Assembly (NCBI GenBank): GCA_963771175.1 | Contig: CAVYSY010000033.1 | Span: 128,001-192,000 of the forward strand | Length of the DNA: 64,000 bases | Direction: 5' to 3' | Source: an uncultured delta proteobacterium | Lineage (GTDB): Bacteria > Myxococcota > Myxococcia > Myxococcales > Myxococcaceae | Part shown: piece after piece, positions 9,481 to 19,025 of the stretch | Numbering within the stretch: the stretch's first letter is position 1 | Layout of the letters: every line of letters begins with the position of its first letter | The notes under the pieces: generated by a model | What the model was told of the DNA's origin: nothing | Seen by the model: only the letters and a program-made list of their open reading frames with translations | The model's database searches: none | Program-made: the position numbers and the translations under genes

Positions 9481-9515
9481 TTGCGCGATCCCCGTGGCGA
9501 GCCACCTCTCGATTC

Positions 9516-10125
9516 ATGCGCCCGTCGCTCGTCGCCGTCGCTGCTCGCCGCTCGGCGGATGCCGGCAGGACCAACCCGCGCGCTTCGCAGCCGGCCCCCG
9601 GGAGCGCCGACTGGCGACGACGGTCGATCCACGCAGCCGGCGAAGCTCACGCTCGGTCGAGACCGACCAGAAGGACGCGCTCGGCCGGCCCATCCGCGTC
9701 GCGTGCGTCACGCTGCCACTCGCTGCGCGACGCCGAAGCCCGCTGCCCCGACGGCCCGAGCGAACTGAAGGAGTTCCACCAGGGCCTCCGTTCAGCCACG
9801 GCGACGCTCGCCTGCGCGCGTGCCACGTCACCAGGCCGCGCAGCGCACGCACGCTCCACCTCGCCGACGGGCGAGCCGCTGCCGATGACGCGAGGCGATG
9901 ACGCTGTGCGCGCAGTGCCACGGGCCGCAGTTCCGCGACTACCAGCACGGCGCGCACGGCGGCATGAACGGCCACTGGGATCTCTCGCGAGGACGACCGC
10001 CGCGCAACCACTGCGTCGACTGCCACGATCCGCACGCGCCGAAGTTCGCGGCCGTCGCATCCGGTGCTGCCGCCGCGCGATCGCGGCCGCCGACGGCGAG
10101 CCGCCGAGCTCGGAGCGCACCATGA
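9516..10125 (+). CDS. Multiheme (probably tetraheme) c-type cytochrome, possibly a lipoprotein (frameshifted, start uncertain)
   Basis: Intact CAQCH and CVDCH motifs; two further CxxCH motifs (near 9705-9720 and 9813-9826) broken by single-base indels; LGGC near the N-terminus. Confidence 0.7.
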
Positions 10126-11046
10126 GTGACAAGGTCGACCGCCGCGCCGTGACGCTCAAGGTGCTCGGCGGCCACGCTCGGCGCCGGCGCCTTCGCGCTA
10201 CGCGATGGCGCCGCTCACGCGAGTGGACGCAGGACCTGACGCGTCGATGAGTTCCTCCAGAAGCACTACAAGGAGCTGACGCCGCGACGAGCTGGCGACG
10301 GTCCTCGCGCGACCTCGAGGCCGAGACGCGAAGACGAAGTACGGCCGCGACGTGACCATCCAGCGACCTGCCGCCGCGACGGAGGGCGTCGAGTTCGGCT
10401 ACGCGCTCAACCTGAGCGTCTGCATCGGCTGCCGCAAGTGCGCCGAGGCCTGCCACATCGAGAACAACCACGATCGCGCGCACCAACAACTCGTACATCC
10501 GCGTGCTCGAGATGGAGCAGGGCAGCTTCGACCTGGAGCACGGCAACGCGCACTACGACCACGCCGGTGCCCGCGCCGGGCAAGTACTACATGCCGGTGC
10601 AGTGCCAGCAGTGCGACAACGCGCCGTGCGTGAAGGTCTGCCCGGTCGCAGGCGACCTGGAAGGAGCCGGACGGCATCGTCGTCGTCGACTACAACTGGT
10701 GCATCGGCTGCCGCTACTGCGAGGCCGCGTGCCCGTACCACGCGCGGCGCTTCAACTGGACGAAGCCGGAGATCCCCGCCGACGAGATCAACCCCGACCA
10801 GGGCTACCTCTCGAACCGCATCCGCCCGCAGGGCGTGGTCGAGAAGTGCACCTTCTGCCTGCACCGCACGCGCGAGGGCCGGCTGCCCGGCGTGCCTCGA
10901 GGCGTGCCCGACCGGCGCGCGCGTGTTCGGCAACCTGCTCGATCCGAACAGCGAGATCCGCTGGGTGCTCGAGAACAAGCGCGTCTTCGTCCTCAAGGAG
11001 GAGCTCGGGACGCAGCCCGCGCTTCTTCTACTTCTTCGACAAGTGA
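10122..11046 (+). CDS. NrfC/DsrO-like 4x[4Fe-4S] electron-transfer subunit (frameshifted)
   Basis: VDRR twin-Arg; CIGCRKC, CQQCDNAPCVKVCP, CIGCRYCEAACP, EKCTFCLHR..PACLEACPTGAR. Confidence 0.88.
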
Positions 11047-11068
11047 GCCGGTCGCCATCGCACCGAGC

Positions 11069-12379
11069 ATGCTCGCCGCAGTCACACGCGTCGAGCTACC
11101 CGCGCTTCCTGCGGCGGCTCGCTGCTGGCGCGCATCGACGGGAGCTGGCGCTTCTACGCCGTGGATGACGCGTGCTCACGGCGATCGCCCTGGTCGGGCG
11201 CCAACGCCTGGGCGCACCAGGTCGCGCGACGGCATGGCGCGTCACCGGCGATGACGCGACCACGTCTCGTGGGGGCTCTACATCGCCAACTTCACCTTCG
11301 GCGTCGGGCTCGCGGCCGGCGCGGTGATGATGGTCATCCCCGCCTACCTCTACGACGACCACGAGATGCACGACGTGGTGATCATCGGCGAGCTGCTCGC
11401 CGATCGCCGCGATCGTCATGTGCCTCGCTGTTCGTCGTGGTCGACATGGGCCGCCCCGATCGCTTCTGGCACCTCATGCCCGGCGATCGGCCGGTTCAAC
11501 TGGCCGATCTCGATGCTCACCTGGGACGTGATCGTGCTCAACGGCTATCTGCTCCTCAACCTGCACATCTGCGGCTACCTCGCTCTACATGCGCTTCCTC
11601 GGGCGCAAGCCCGAGCAAGCGCTGGTACCTGCCGTTCGTCTTCCTCTCGATCGTCTGGGCGATCTCGATCCACACCGTGACGGCGTTCCTCTACAGCGGG
11701 CTCGGCGGCCGGCCGTTCTGGAACTCGGCGCTGCTCGCGCCGCGGTTCATCGCGTCGGCGTTCGTCACCGGCCCCGCGTTCGTCATCGTGCTGCTGCAGG
11801 TCATCCGCCGCGTCACGGCGCTTCCGCGTCGGCGACGGGCCCGATCGCGCACGCTGACGTCGGTGCTCCGCGTGACGGTGCTCGCTCAACCTGTTCATGC
11901 TGGGCTCGGAGCTGTTCACCGCGCTTCTACACGGGCGGCGCGCACGCCACGCGCGGCGCGCTACCTGTTCTTCGGCTCGCACGGGCAGCACGCGCTCGTG
12001 CCGTGGATCTGGACGGCGATCGCGCTCAACGTCGCCTCGGCGGTCCTGCGTGCATCTGCCCGCGAGCCGCGCGCGACAGCTGCGGCTGCTCGACCTGGCG
12101 TGCGCGCTGCGCGTTCGCCGGCGTGTGGATCGAGAAGGGCATGGGCCTCATCATCCCCGGCTTCGTCCCGAGCACGCTGCACGAGGTCGTCGAGTACGTG
12201 CCCGAGCGCTCACCGAGTGGAAGGTGACCGCGGGCATCTGGGCCTTCGGGCTGATGGTGCTGACGGTCGCGGTGAAGGTCGCGCTGCCGGTGCTGAGTGG
12301 GCAGCTCGCCGCCTCGCATGCCGAGCACGCACCGGCCGGACATGGAGACACGGCCCCTGAATCAAAGCAGGCCGCGTAG
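11069..12379 (+). CDS. NrfD/PsrC-family (DsrP-like) integral membrane quinol-interacting subunit (frameshifted)
   Basis: HVSWGLYIANFTFGVGLAAGAVMMVIPAY, DMGRPDRFWH, SMLTWD, SIHTVTAFLY..RPFWNSALLAPRFIASAF, WIEKGMGLIIPGFVP. Confidence 0.88.
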
Positions 12380-12380
12380 G

Positions 12381-12460
12381 GTCACAAGACGGACGCGAAC
12401 AACTGCGGCGCCTGCGGTGTGGTGTGCCCGAACGGGTGCGCCGACGGGAGCTGCCAGTGA
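12381..12460 (+). pseudogene. C-terminal remnant of a myxobacterial cysteine-rich repeat protein
   Basis: Reads TDANNCGACGVVCPNGCADGSCQ-stop with no start, immediately after the nrfD-like stop. Confidence 0.6.
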
Positions 12461-12506
12461 GCTGAACGGGGCCGGCGCCGGCTGCACGCGACGAGTCCCG
12501 GGAGAG

Positions 12507-13079
12507 CTACCAGCGCAGGACGAAGGTCGTCCGGCCCCGTTCGAGGTCGACGTCCCTCAAGCTGAGGCTCGCCGTCCCGGCGTGATTGGCCACGTCCACG
12601 AGCCCGAGGAGGGTGCTGCCGACCAGCAATGCGGTCGTGCCCGTGCGGTAGGTGCTGGCGGGGAAATCGCGCATCGTCAGGTGCGCGCATCGCTCGTCCA
12701 CGCATGTGTACGTGAGCTCGCCCGAGTCGCGCACGATGGATTCGCGCCCCCGCGGGGCGAACTTCAAGAGGGAATGCGGCGACAGCCCGGAGATGCGGAT
12801 CATCGCCTCGAGCGCCGCCTGGAACAGCGGTGTCTTGATCAGCCGGCGTCCGACCTTCCGGAACAGCGCCTGAAACGCCTCATCGCCCAGTTCGGCGCGC
12901 GTCGCTTCGGTGAGGGCGTTGTACGTCTCCTCGTCGAGCCACATGACGGGCAGCGCCTGTTCGATGTGCGTCCACGCCGGCCCGGTCCGGGCGCGGATGG
13001 CCGCGGTGACGTTGGGCGGCAGCGCCCTGAGCTCATCCATGATGTTGTGCGCGAAGCTGGCCTTGGTCTGAGGGCTCAT
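12507..13079 (-). CDS. Myxobacterial hypothetical protein (DUF2378/TIGR02265-like)
   Basis: 190 aa; ALPVMWLDEETYNAL..GLSPHSLLKFAP.. and C-terminal TTFVLRW resemble this family. Confidence 0.6.
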   Translation of the reverse strand: MSPQTKASFAHNIMDELRALPPNVTAAIRARTGPAWTHIEQALPVMWLDEETYNALTEATRAELGDEAFQALFRKVGRRLIKTPLFQAALEAMIRISGLSPHSLLKFAPRGRESIVRDSGELTYTCVDERCAHLTMRDFPASTYRTGTTALLVGSTLLGLVDVANHAGTASLSLRDVDLERGRTTFVLRW

Positions 13080-13409
13080 CGTTCCGCTCACCAGCCTGAC
13101 AGATTCGTTATGGCAAGTGCAGGGGGGGGAAGAGAGGCGGCGAACGTATAGAGGAGATGAAGCGGCCGGGCGGCCACGGGCGTGGAGGCCCAGTGGATTT
13201 TGAGCTTGCGGCCCTACCGGAAACGTTGGCGGCATCACCCTACTATCCACGTAACCGGGGCAAGCCCAGTAGCCCCGCGACAGTCTACGTGTTCCTCGCA
13301 AAGCAGGCTCTCTCATCGAGCTTGCTGTCGCCGATGATCAATCGGCAATCGGATTCGGGCGCCTTGAAATTCAGCGCCCGACCGCCATCAGAAGAACCTG
13401 AAGCAGGGC

Positions 13410-14187
13410 TCAACGCCTGTCTTCACTTCGTCGCCGAGGGAGGGGCACGGTTTCCGGGCAGTCCTCACGAAAAGCTATCGAAGTGGCTGATTGAGCACCG
13501 GGGCACCTGTAATTGCACTGCCACTCTTTGAGACCATCTTTTCGCACCCAGGAGTTCTTCGTGGTAAGCTGGCAAACACCCGGTTTTTCGAGTAAGCGGA
13601 TGGCCCTTTCCATCCCCGCGCGAAGTGACTTGTCCTGTTCCTGCTCCCAAGCCCGCTTCAGGAAGGGAATAGCTCCCGGATTACCGGTGCCCAGCATGAG
13701 ATACATCACCTCGTAGCGGAATTCCAAATTCCCCTCGATCAGCAATTTCTCTCCCATGACCCGGAGGGCCTCCTCTCTGAGAGGAGACCTTCTCCAGCTG
13801 TTTGAGCGCTTCAGCCACGGCATCCGGAGGCACACCTACATCCAACGCCAGTGCTCGCAGAACTGGAACGGAAGATGCCCCCTCCACGGCCGCGAATCCC
13901 TCGATGGCGGCAGCGAGTTCGAGCGCTTGGACGTAATCGGTGGTGTGTCGGTATTGCTCGATGACCTTGCGATAGAGCGGAAGCGCTTCACGCCCATGCT
14001 TCCGGATGAACCGCTCGACCGCCCCCTCGTCCGCGGTTTCTGGCAGATCCAGATACTTCGGCTGGCGTGCCTGCACCATCTGGGAGAACTCTCTCTTCAG
14101 ACAAGCAGTCCAGGAGAGAGCCAGCCCCAAGAGCAAGCCCAGTCGCACCGCTCCCCTGACGCTCCTTCGTGCCCATGCGCTCGACAT
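13410..14187 (-). CDS. HEAT-repeat lipoprotein with Cys-rich C-terminus, paralog 1 (indel near 13780)
   Basis: Lipobox LSWTAC; ORFs 13681-14187 and 13410-13835 together align with 16339-17127; visibly AT-richer than the flanks. Confidence 0.75.
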
Positions 14188-14364
14188 TCAGCCCCCTCTG
14201 GTATTCACCGGTGTTCATGAATCGTGACCTGCGCGCGCGAATGGAGGCCATGCTCGCCGCCGCGGCAGCGGTCGGAGGGTAGCTCGCCCAGGAACCGACA
14301 CGATCCTCGGTCTATCGGCCGCGCATCACAAGGGACGCCTGTGGACTCCTCCAAGGGGTCACCC

Positions 14365-15252
14365 ATGGAGCAATCGATGCAGACCCAGGCAAGGCGCTTG
14401 GTATCCCCCGAGCCAGAGTCCTCCGCGAGTCCAGTCCTGGCCGAATGCCCGCAACTGGAAGCCCTGACGGTGGAGTCGCTCATCGTGCCGATATTGCAGG
14501 CGCAGATCGAGGCGATCTGGCCGCAGGAAGTGGACCTCCTCCTGCGTTACCCGCTGCCCGCGCAGCCTGCCCTCCTCGACGTGGGCTGCGGCACGGGCGA
14601 GTTCATGGCCAGGCTCGCGGCGCTCTGGCCGGAGGCTCGCATCACGGGATTGGATCTCGCGCCCACGCTGCTGGACATCGCCCAGCGCCGCACCGCCTCC
14701 TCTGACCGCATCACCTACCGCCAGGGGAACGGGGCCCACCTGCCCTTCGAGGATGACTCGCTCGATGGCGTGTTCTGCCGGCACGTCTTGCAAGCCGTCA
14801 GCAGGCCCGAGCTCATCCTCGACGAGATGATCCGCGTCCTGAAGCCGGGCGGTGTGCTCCACCTCCTCGCGGAGGACTACGGCATGATCTACAGCTCCCG
14901 AGGCGACCCGGACCTGGACAGGCTGTGGCGGGAGGGCTGGATCGCAGCCGGAGAGAACAGCGGGATCGACCTGCGCATTGGCCGGAAGGTTCCCTCGATG
15001 CTCCTACACAGGCGGATGCGAGATGTCCGGATGAACTTCGCCCAGGTCGATTCCCTGCGCGTGAATCGGAGCACCCTCCGGAGGCTCTTCCAGCACTGGA
15101 AGGACTTCGCCAACGAATGGGTGGTCAAGAACTCCAGCCTGCCAGCGAAGGAGCTGAACGCACTCCATGATGACCTACTCGCCACGCTCGACACTCCCAA
15201 CGAGCAGGTCCTCTGGATGGTGCCCCTCATCTCCGCGGTGAAGCCCACGTGA
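14365..15252 (+). CDS. Class I SAM-dependent methyltransferase
   Basis: LLDVGCGTG, ITGLDL, LPFEDDSLDGVFCRHVL, RVLKPGG. Confidence 0.88.
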   Translation: MEQSMQTQARRLVSPEPESSASPVLAECPQLEALTVESLIVPILQAQIEAIWPQEVDLLLRYPLPAQPALLDVGCGTGEFMARLAALWPEARITGLDLAPTLLDIAQRRTASSDRITYRQGNGAHLPFEDDSLDGVFCRHVLQAVSRPELILDEMIRVLKPGGVLHLLAEDYGMIYSSRGDPDLDRLWREGWIAAGENSGIDLRIGRKVPSMLLHRRMRDVRMNFAQVDSLRVNRSTLRRLFQHWKDFANEWVVKNSSLPAKELNALHDDLLATLDTPNEQVLWMVPLISAVKPT

Positions 15253-15284
15253 GTGAGGCTGTCACGGCGGAGTCGGACCTCCAC

Positions 15285-16269
15285 TCAGGGGGCGACGGAT
15301 GGGCCCTCGGCCCCGGACTGCTCGACACGCACCCGGGAGAAGTGGCGCACCGAGAGGATGGCGAGCACCACCAGTCCCGGGAAGAAGAGCAAGGAGCCCA
15401 CTTCACCGCCATCGGCGATGAACAGGAACCAGAACGTCAGTCCACCCGAGAGCCACAGTGGCAAGGAGCGAGGCACGGCCTGGCGCGTGCCGCCCCACAG
15501 CAGGACGAGCACGAGCAGGAACAACGCCACTGCGGCGAACGACGCGAGCGTCTGGTTCTGGCCCGCCACCTCGTAGCTGAAGCGGGTGACGGCGAGCGGG
15601 TTGTACTCGTTCTTGATGGTGCCCGCGAAGCGCTGGTCGGCGAGCACGTTGGTGTCCTGGCTGATGTAGCGGGACGACCACCCACCGAACTCGCGGCTCG
15701 CGCTCGTCCAGGGCAGCAGGAGTGAGAGCAGACACACGCCCGCCGCGCCCAGCACCAGCAGGAGCCGACCGCGCGGAACGGGAGGAGGCAGCCAGCCGGC
15801 GGACCTGCTCGACACCCAGGAGGACGGCGGCGGCGAGCCACAGTGGAGGCACCAACCCGCAGCCGAGCTGCAGCGCCGCATGCGCGCAGGTGAGCACGGT
15901 GAAGAGCAGAGGCACGAGCGGGTGCCGCGTCACCGAGGGAAGGCGATCCACCACCGGCCACCCGGGCTGTCCGGCCGCACGCCGCTCCTCGGCGAGGACC
16001 AGCACGGCACCGACCAACATCACCAGCGACCAGAGAAAGCCGATGCCCGTCACGGGCGGAATGACTGAAAGCCCGATGGCGAGGATGACCAGCAGGGCCC
16101 CGATCTGCGTCCACGAGCGACGCGGATGGGCGGAGGTGGACTGAGCAGGCTCGGCTGAAGCGGGCCAGGAGGCCTCTTTCGCCGACGGCATGAGTCGCCC
16201 ACCGCAGGAGGGACAGAAGGAGCGGAGGCTCCCGGAAGGGAGAGCCTGGCCACAGTGAGGGCAGGACAT
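15285..16269 (-). CDS. Zinc-ribbon-containing membrane protein (frameshift near 15800)
   Basis: N-terminal CPHC..CPSC followed by several TM segments split across two ORFs. Confidence 0.6.
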
Positions 16270-16338
16270 GGGCCCCACTATAGCCACAGTGAAAGAAGAG
16301 GACCCGATGCATTGCCCAGGGACCTGGAGCCAGGGGGC

Positions 16339-17127
16339 TCAAGGCACCTTCTTCTTCACCCGGCGGCGGGGAAGGGGCTCAGTATCAGGACATTCTTCAC
16401 GTAATGACATTGCGTAGCCGGGTTGAGGGCCAGGGCACTCATAATTGCACCACCACTCGTCGCCATTCTTTGAATAAATCCCAAACGCCTTATCGCTAAG
16501 CTGACAAACATCTGGCTTTTGGAGCAGGCGAAGAACCCGCTCCATGCCCACACGAAGCGATTTATCCTGTTCCCTCGCCAAAGCCTGCGTAAGAAAGGGA
16601 ATAGCGCCCGGATTGCCGGTTTCCCTCATGAGAGAAACGATTCGGCGGCGACCGTTCACATCTTCTTCAGCCAGCAATCTCTCCCCCATAATCAGGATGG
16701 CATCGTCCCGAGAAAGATTCTCCAATTGCTCGAACACTGCTTCCATTGCGACTGCAGGCACACGTACATCCAGAGCCAACTCCCTTAGAACCGGCAGAGA
16801 AGAAGCCCCCTCCACAGCCGCGTATCCTTCGATGGCGGCAACGAGTTCGAGCAGTTCGATGGAGTCAGCGGTGTGCGCGAACTGCTCGATGATCTTGCGA
16901 TAGAGCGGAAGAGCCTCACGACCATGCCTCTGGATGAATCGCTCAACCGCTGCCTCATCCTCCACGACTGGCATATCCTCCAGCGTAGGCTGTCGTGCCT
17001 GCACTGCCCGAGAGAACTCTTTCTTCAGCGGCTGAACTGGCTGACAAGCGCTCCAGGAGAGCGTCAGGCCCAGGCACAGAAGCCGCCACACCCAGCCCAC
17101 GCCTCTCGTATGGACCCGTATCAGCAC
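16339..17127 (-). CDS. HEAT-repeat lipoprotein with Cys-rich C-terminus, paralog 2
   Basis: Lipobox LSWSAC; HEAT-like TGNPGAIPFLTQALAREQDKSLR; C-terminal CQL..WWCNYECPG..ECP; AT-richer DNA. Confidence 0.8.
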   Translation of the reverse strand: MLIRVHTRGVGWVWRLLCLGLTLSWSACQPVQPLKKEFSRAVQARQPTLEDMPVVEDEAAVERFIQRHGREALPLYRKIIEQFAHTADSIELLELVAAIEGYAAVEGASSLPVLRELALDVRVPAVAMEAVFEQLENLSRDDAILIMGERLLAEEDVNGRRRIVSLMRETGNPGAIPFLTQALAREQDKSLRVGMERVLRLLQKPDVCQLSDKAFGIYSKNGDEWWCNYECPGPQPGYAMSLREECPDTEPLPRRRVKKKVP

Positions 17128-17161
17128 CAGTCCCCCTGTCGTCGGACTTCAACCCTCTGAC

Positions 17162-17953
17162 TCAGCTCTCGCTCGACAGTCCCGGCAGCCGCGCCTTCAG
17201 CGAGGGCAGCACCACGCGGTCGTCCATCATCCGCTGGTCGAACACGAAGCTCTCCGTGGGCTCCACCTGCCATCGGCCGCCGTGCCGCTCGTTCAGCGCG
17301 CGGACGATCTCGTAGTAGGTCCACCGCTCGTTCGCATCGAGCATGTAGAGCCCCGGCTCCGCCCACGCGAGCGCCAGCAGCGCCCTCACGGTGTCATCGA
17401 GGAAGGAGCACGCTGGATACCACCGGGTGCTCGCCTCCACCCGGCCCCGCTCGCGCATCTGCGCCTCCAGCGAGGCCAACATGTTGTTGCCCGAGGGCTG
17501 GTCGTCGATCTGCCACCCCAGCCGCACCACGCGCGCCTCGGGGTTCTGGTGGAAGACCCGCTCCTCCGCGCGCCGCTTCTCGTACCCGTAGCCCGCGGGC
17601 GCCTCCGGCTCCGAGTCCACCGTGAAGGGCCCGGGCGCAGCGTTCGAGAACACCATCGCCGTGCTGGAGAAAACGAATCGCACGCCCTGCTGCCGGGTGA
17701 TCCACGCCAGCTCGCTGGTCCACTCGTAGTTGATGAGCCACGACTCGTTGGCCCGACCCGTGGGCCGTGACGCGGTGGCCAGGTGGAACAGCACGTCGGG
17801 TGCCACCGAGCGGACGAAGCCCTCCATCGCCCAGTAGTCATCCACCGGCACACTGTTGCGATCCCAGCAGGCCACCTCGACACCGTGGCGCCGGAGGTAC
17901 TCGCACAGTCGGGCGCCAATCGTGCCGTTCGCACCCGTGACGATGGCTCTCAT
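17162..17953 (-). CDS. RmlD-like sugar-nucleotide-binding SDR
   Basis: MRAIVTGANGTIG, FSSTAMVF, YGYEK (YxxxK). Confidence 0.8.
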   Translation of the reverse strand: MRAIVTGANGTIGARLCEYLRRHGVEVACWDRNSVPVDDYWAMEGFVRSVAPDVLFHLATASRPTGRANESWLINYEWTSELAWITRQQGVRFVFSSTAMVFSNAAPGPFTVDSEPEAPAGYGYEKRRAEERVFHQNPEARVVRLGWQIDDQPSGNNMLASLEAQMRERGRVEASTRWYPACSFLDDTVRALLALAWAEPGLYMLDANERWTYYEIVRALNERHGGRWQVEPTESFVFDQRMMDDRVVLPSLKARLPGLSSES

Positions 17954-17987
17954 TTCCGTGTCTCCACTCGTCCCGGCACCGCGCTCC

Positions 17988-19025
17988 CTATTGCGTCTTC
18001 CGCCCCTTGTGCGTCCGCGGGAGCGCGTGGTGGATGAGTCCCAGGTAGTCCACCGCCTGCACCGGCGGCGGCGGCGGCGGCGTCCCCAGCGCGGCGAGCC
18101 GCTTGGTGAACGCCGAGATGATGTCCGGCATCGGCCGCAGCGCCTGGATGAGCGCGTTGGGCCCCTCCAGCGCCTGCAGCAGCGCCGCCGCGGCCTGCTG
18201 CAGCGGAAAGCCCCGGCGCAGCAGATCCTGGAGCGAGTTCGACAGCGTGATGATGTTGTGCCCCGCCGTCTGCACCATCTCCACGGCGATCTTGATGACC
18301 TGCGGCGCCGACAGGTGGCCATCGGCCATCAGCACGAGCGCGGCCTGGAAGTAGTTGAAGATGGGCACCACGCGCGGGCCGTAGTTCGAGAAGTGCGCCG
18401 GCGGCGTCAGCTTGTCCAGGTGGATGAAGATGCGCCGCACCGGGTCCGACACCGGAATCTTCTTCCACGCGGACAGCACCCGCTCGGCCTCGTCCGGGTA
18501 CACCCCGGCCGTGTCGAGGATCTGCTTCAGCACCCGCTCGTCCACGCGCCCGGCGATCATGTCCGCGAAGAGCGAGTAGATGAAGGCGTCCGCCTCGGCA
18601 TCATCGCCGAAGAGCACCTCCTCGGACTCCACGGGCGCGTTGGCGCGGCTCTCCAGGATGGCGGGCAGCTTGTAGCCGACCTGCCCGCGCAGCGCCCGGA
18701 AGCGCCCGCGCATCAGGTTGCCCACGTTGTCCTTGAGGACGAACTCGTCCCACACCACCCCGTCCAGCTTGAGCTTCTCCTCCAGCACCGAGCGCATCTG
18801 CTTGGGGCTGCCGGAGACGATGCACAGCCGCGTGTCCCCGTTGGCCGCCAGCTCGCGGATGAGCGCGGACGCACCGGGCACCGCCTGCTTCTCGTGCGCC
18901 TTCTGGAAGGCCGTCCGCAGCAGGTCCCGCAGCGAGTCGAACTCCGTCTGCAGGTACGTCTTGTCCAGGTCCCAGCGGTAGATGCGTCGCGGGGGCCTGG
19001 GATCGATGCGATCCGGCAGGCTCAC
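17988..19025 (-). CDS. HAD-like phosphatase domain protein (App1/DUF2183 phosphatidate phosphatase-like)
   Basis: WDLDKTY (DxDxT), CIVSGSP, GYKL, LFGDDAEAD; GTGA overlap with the plsX stop. Confidence 0.75.
   Translation of the reverse strand: MSLPDRIDPRPPRRIYRWDLDKTYLQTEFDSLRDLLRTAFQKAHEKQAVPGASALIRELAANGDTRLCIVSGSPKQMRSVLEEKLKLDGVVWDEFVLKDNVGNLMRGRFRALRGQVGYKLPAILESRANAPVESEEVLFGDDAEADAFIYSLFADMIAGRVDERVLKQILDTAGVYPDEAERVLSAWKKIPVSDPVRRIFIHLDKLTPPAHFSNYGPRVVPIFNYFQAALVLMADGHLSAPQVIKIAVEMVQTAGHNIITLSNSLQDLLRRGFPLQQAAAALLQALEGPNALIQALRPMPDIISAFTKRLAALGTPPPPPPVQAVDYLGLIHHALPRTHKGRKTQ

Noticed and set aside
9516..12379. Dissimilatory sulfate reduction (Dsr), Nrf nitrite reductase or alternative complex III
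   Set aside because: No dsrAB/MK, nrfA or actB/actDEF in the window; only the generic cytochrome/Fe-S/NrfD module is present.
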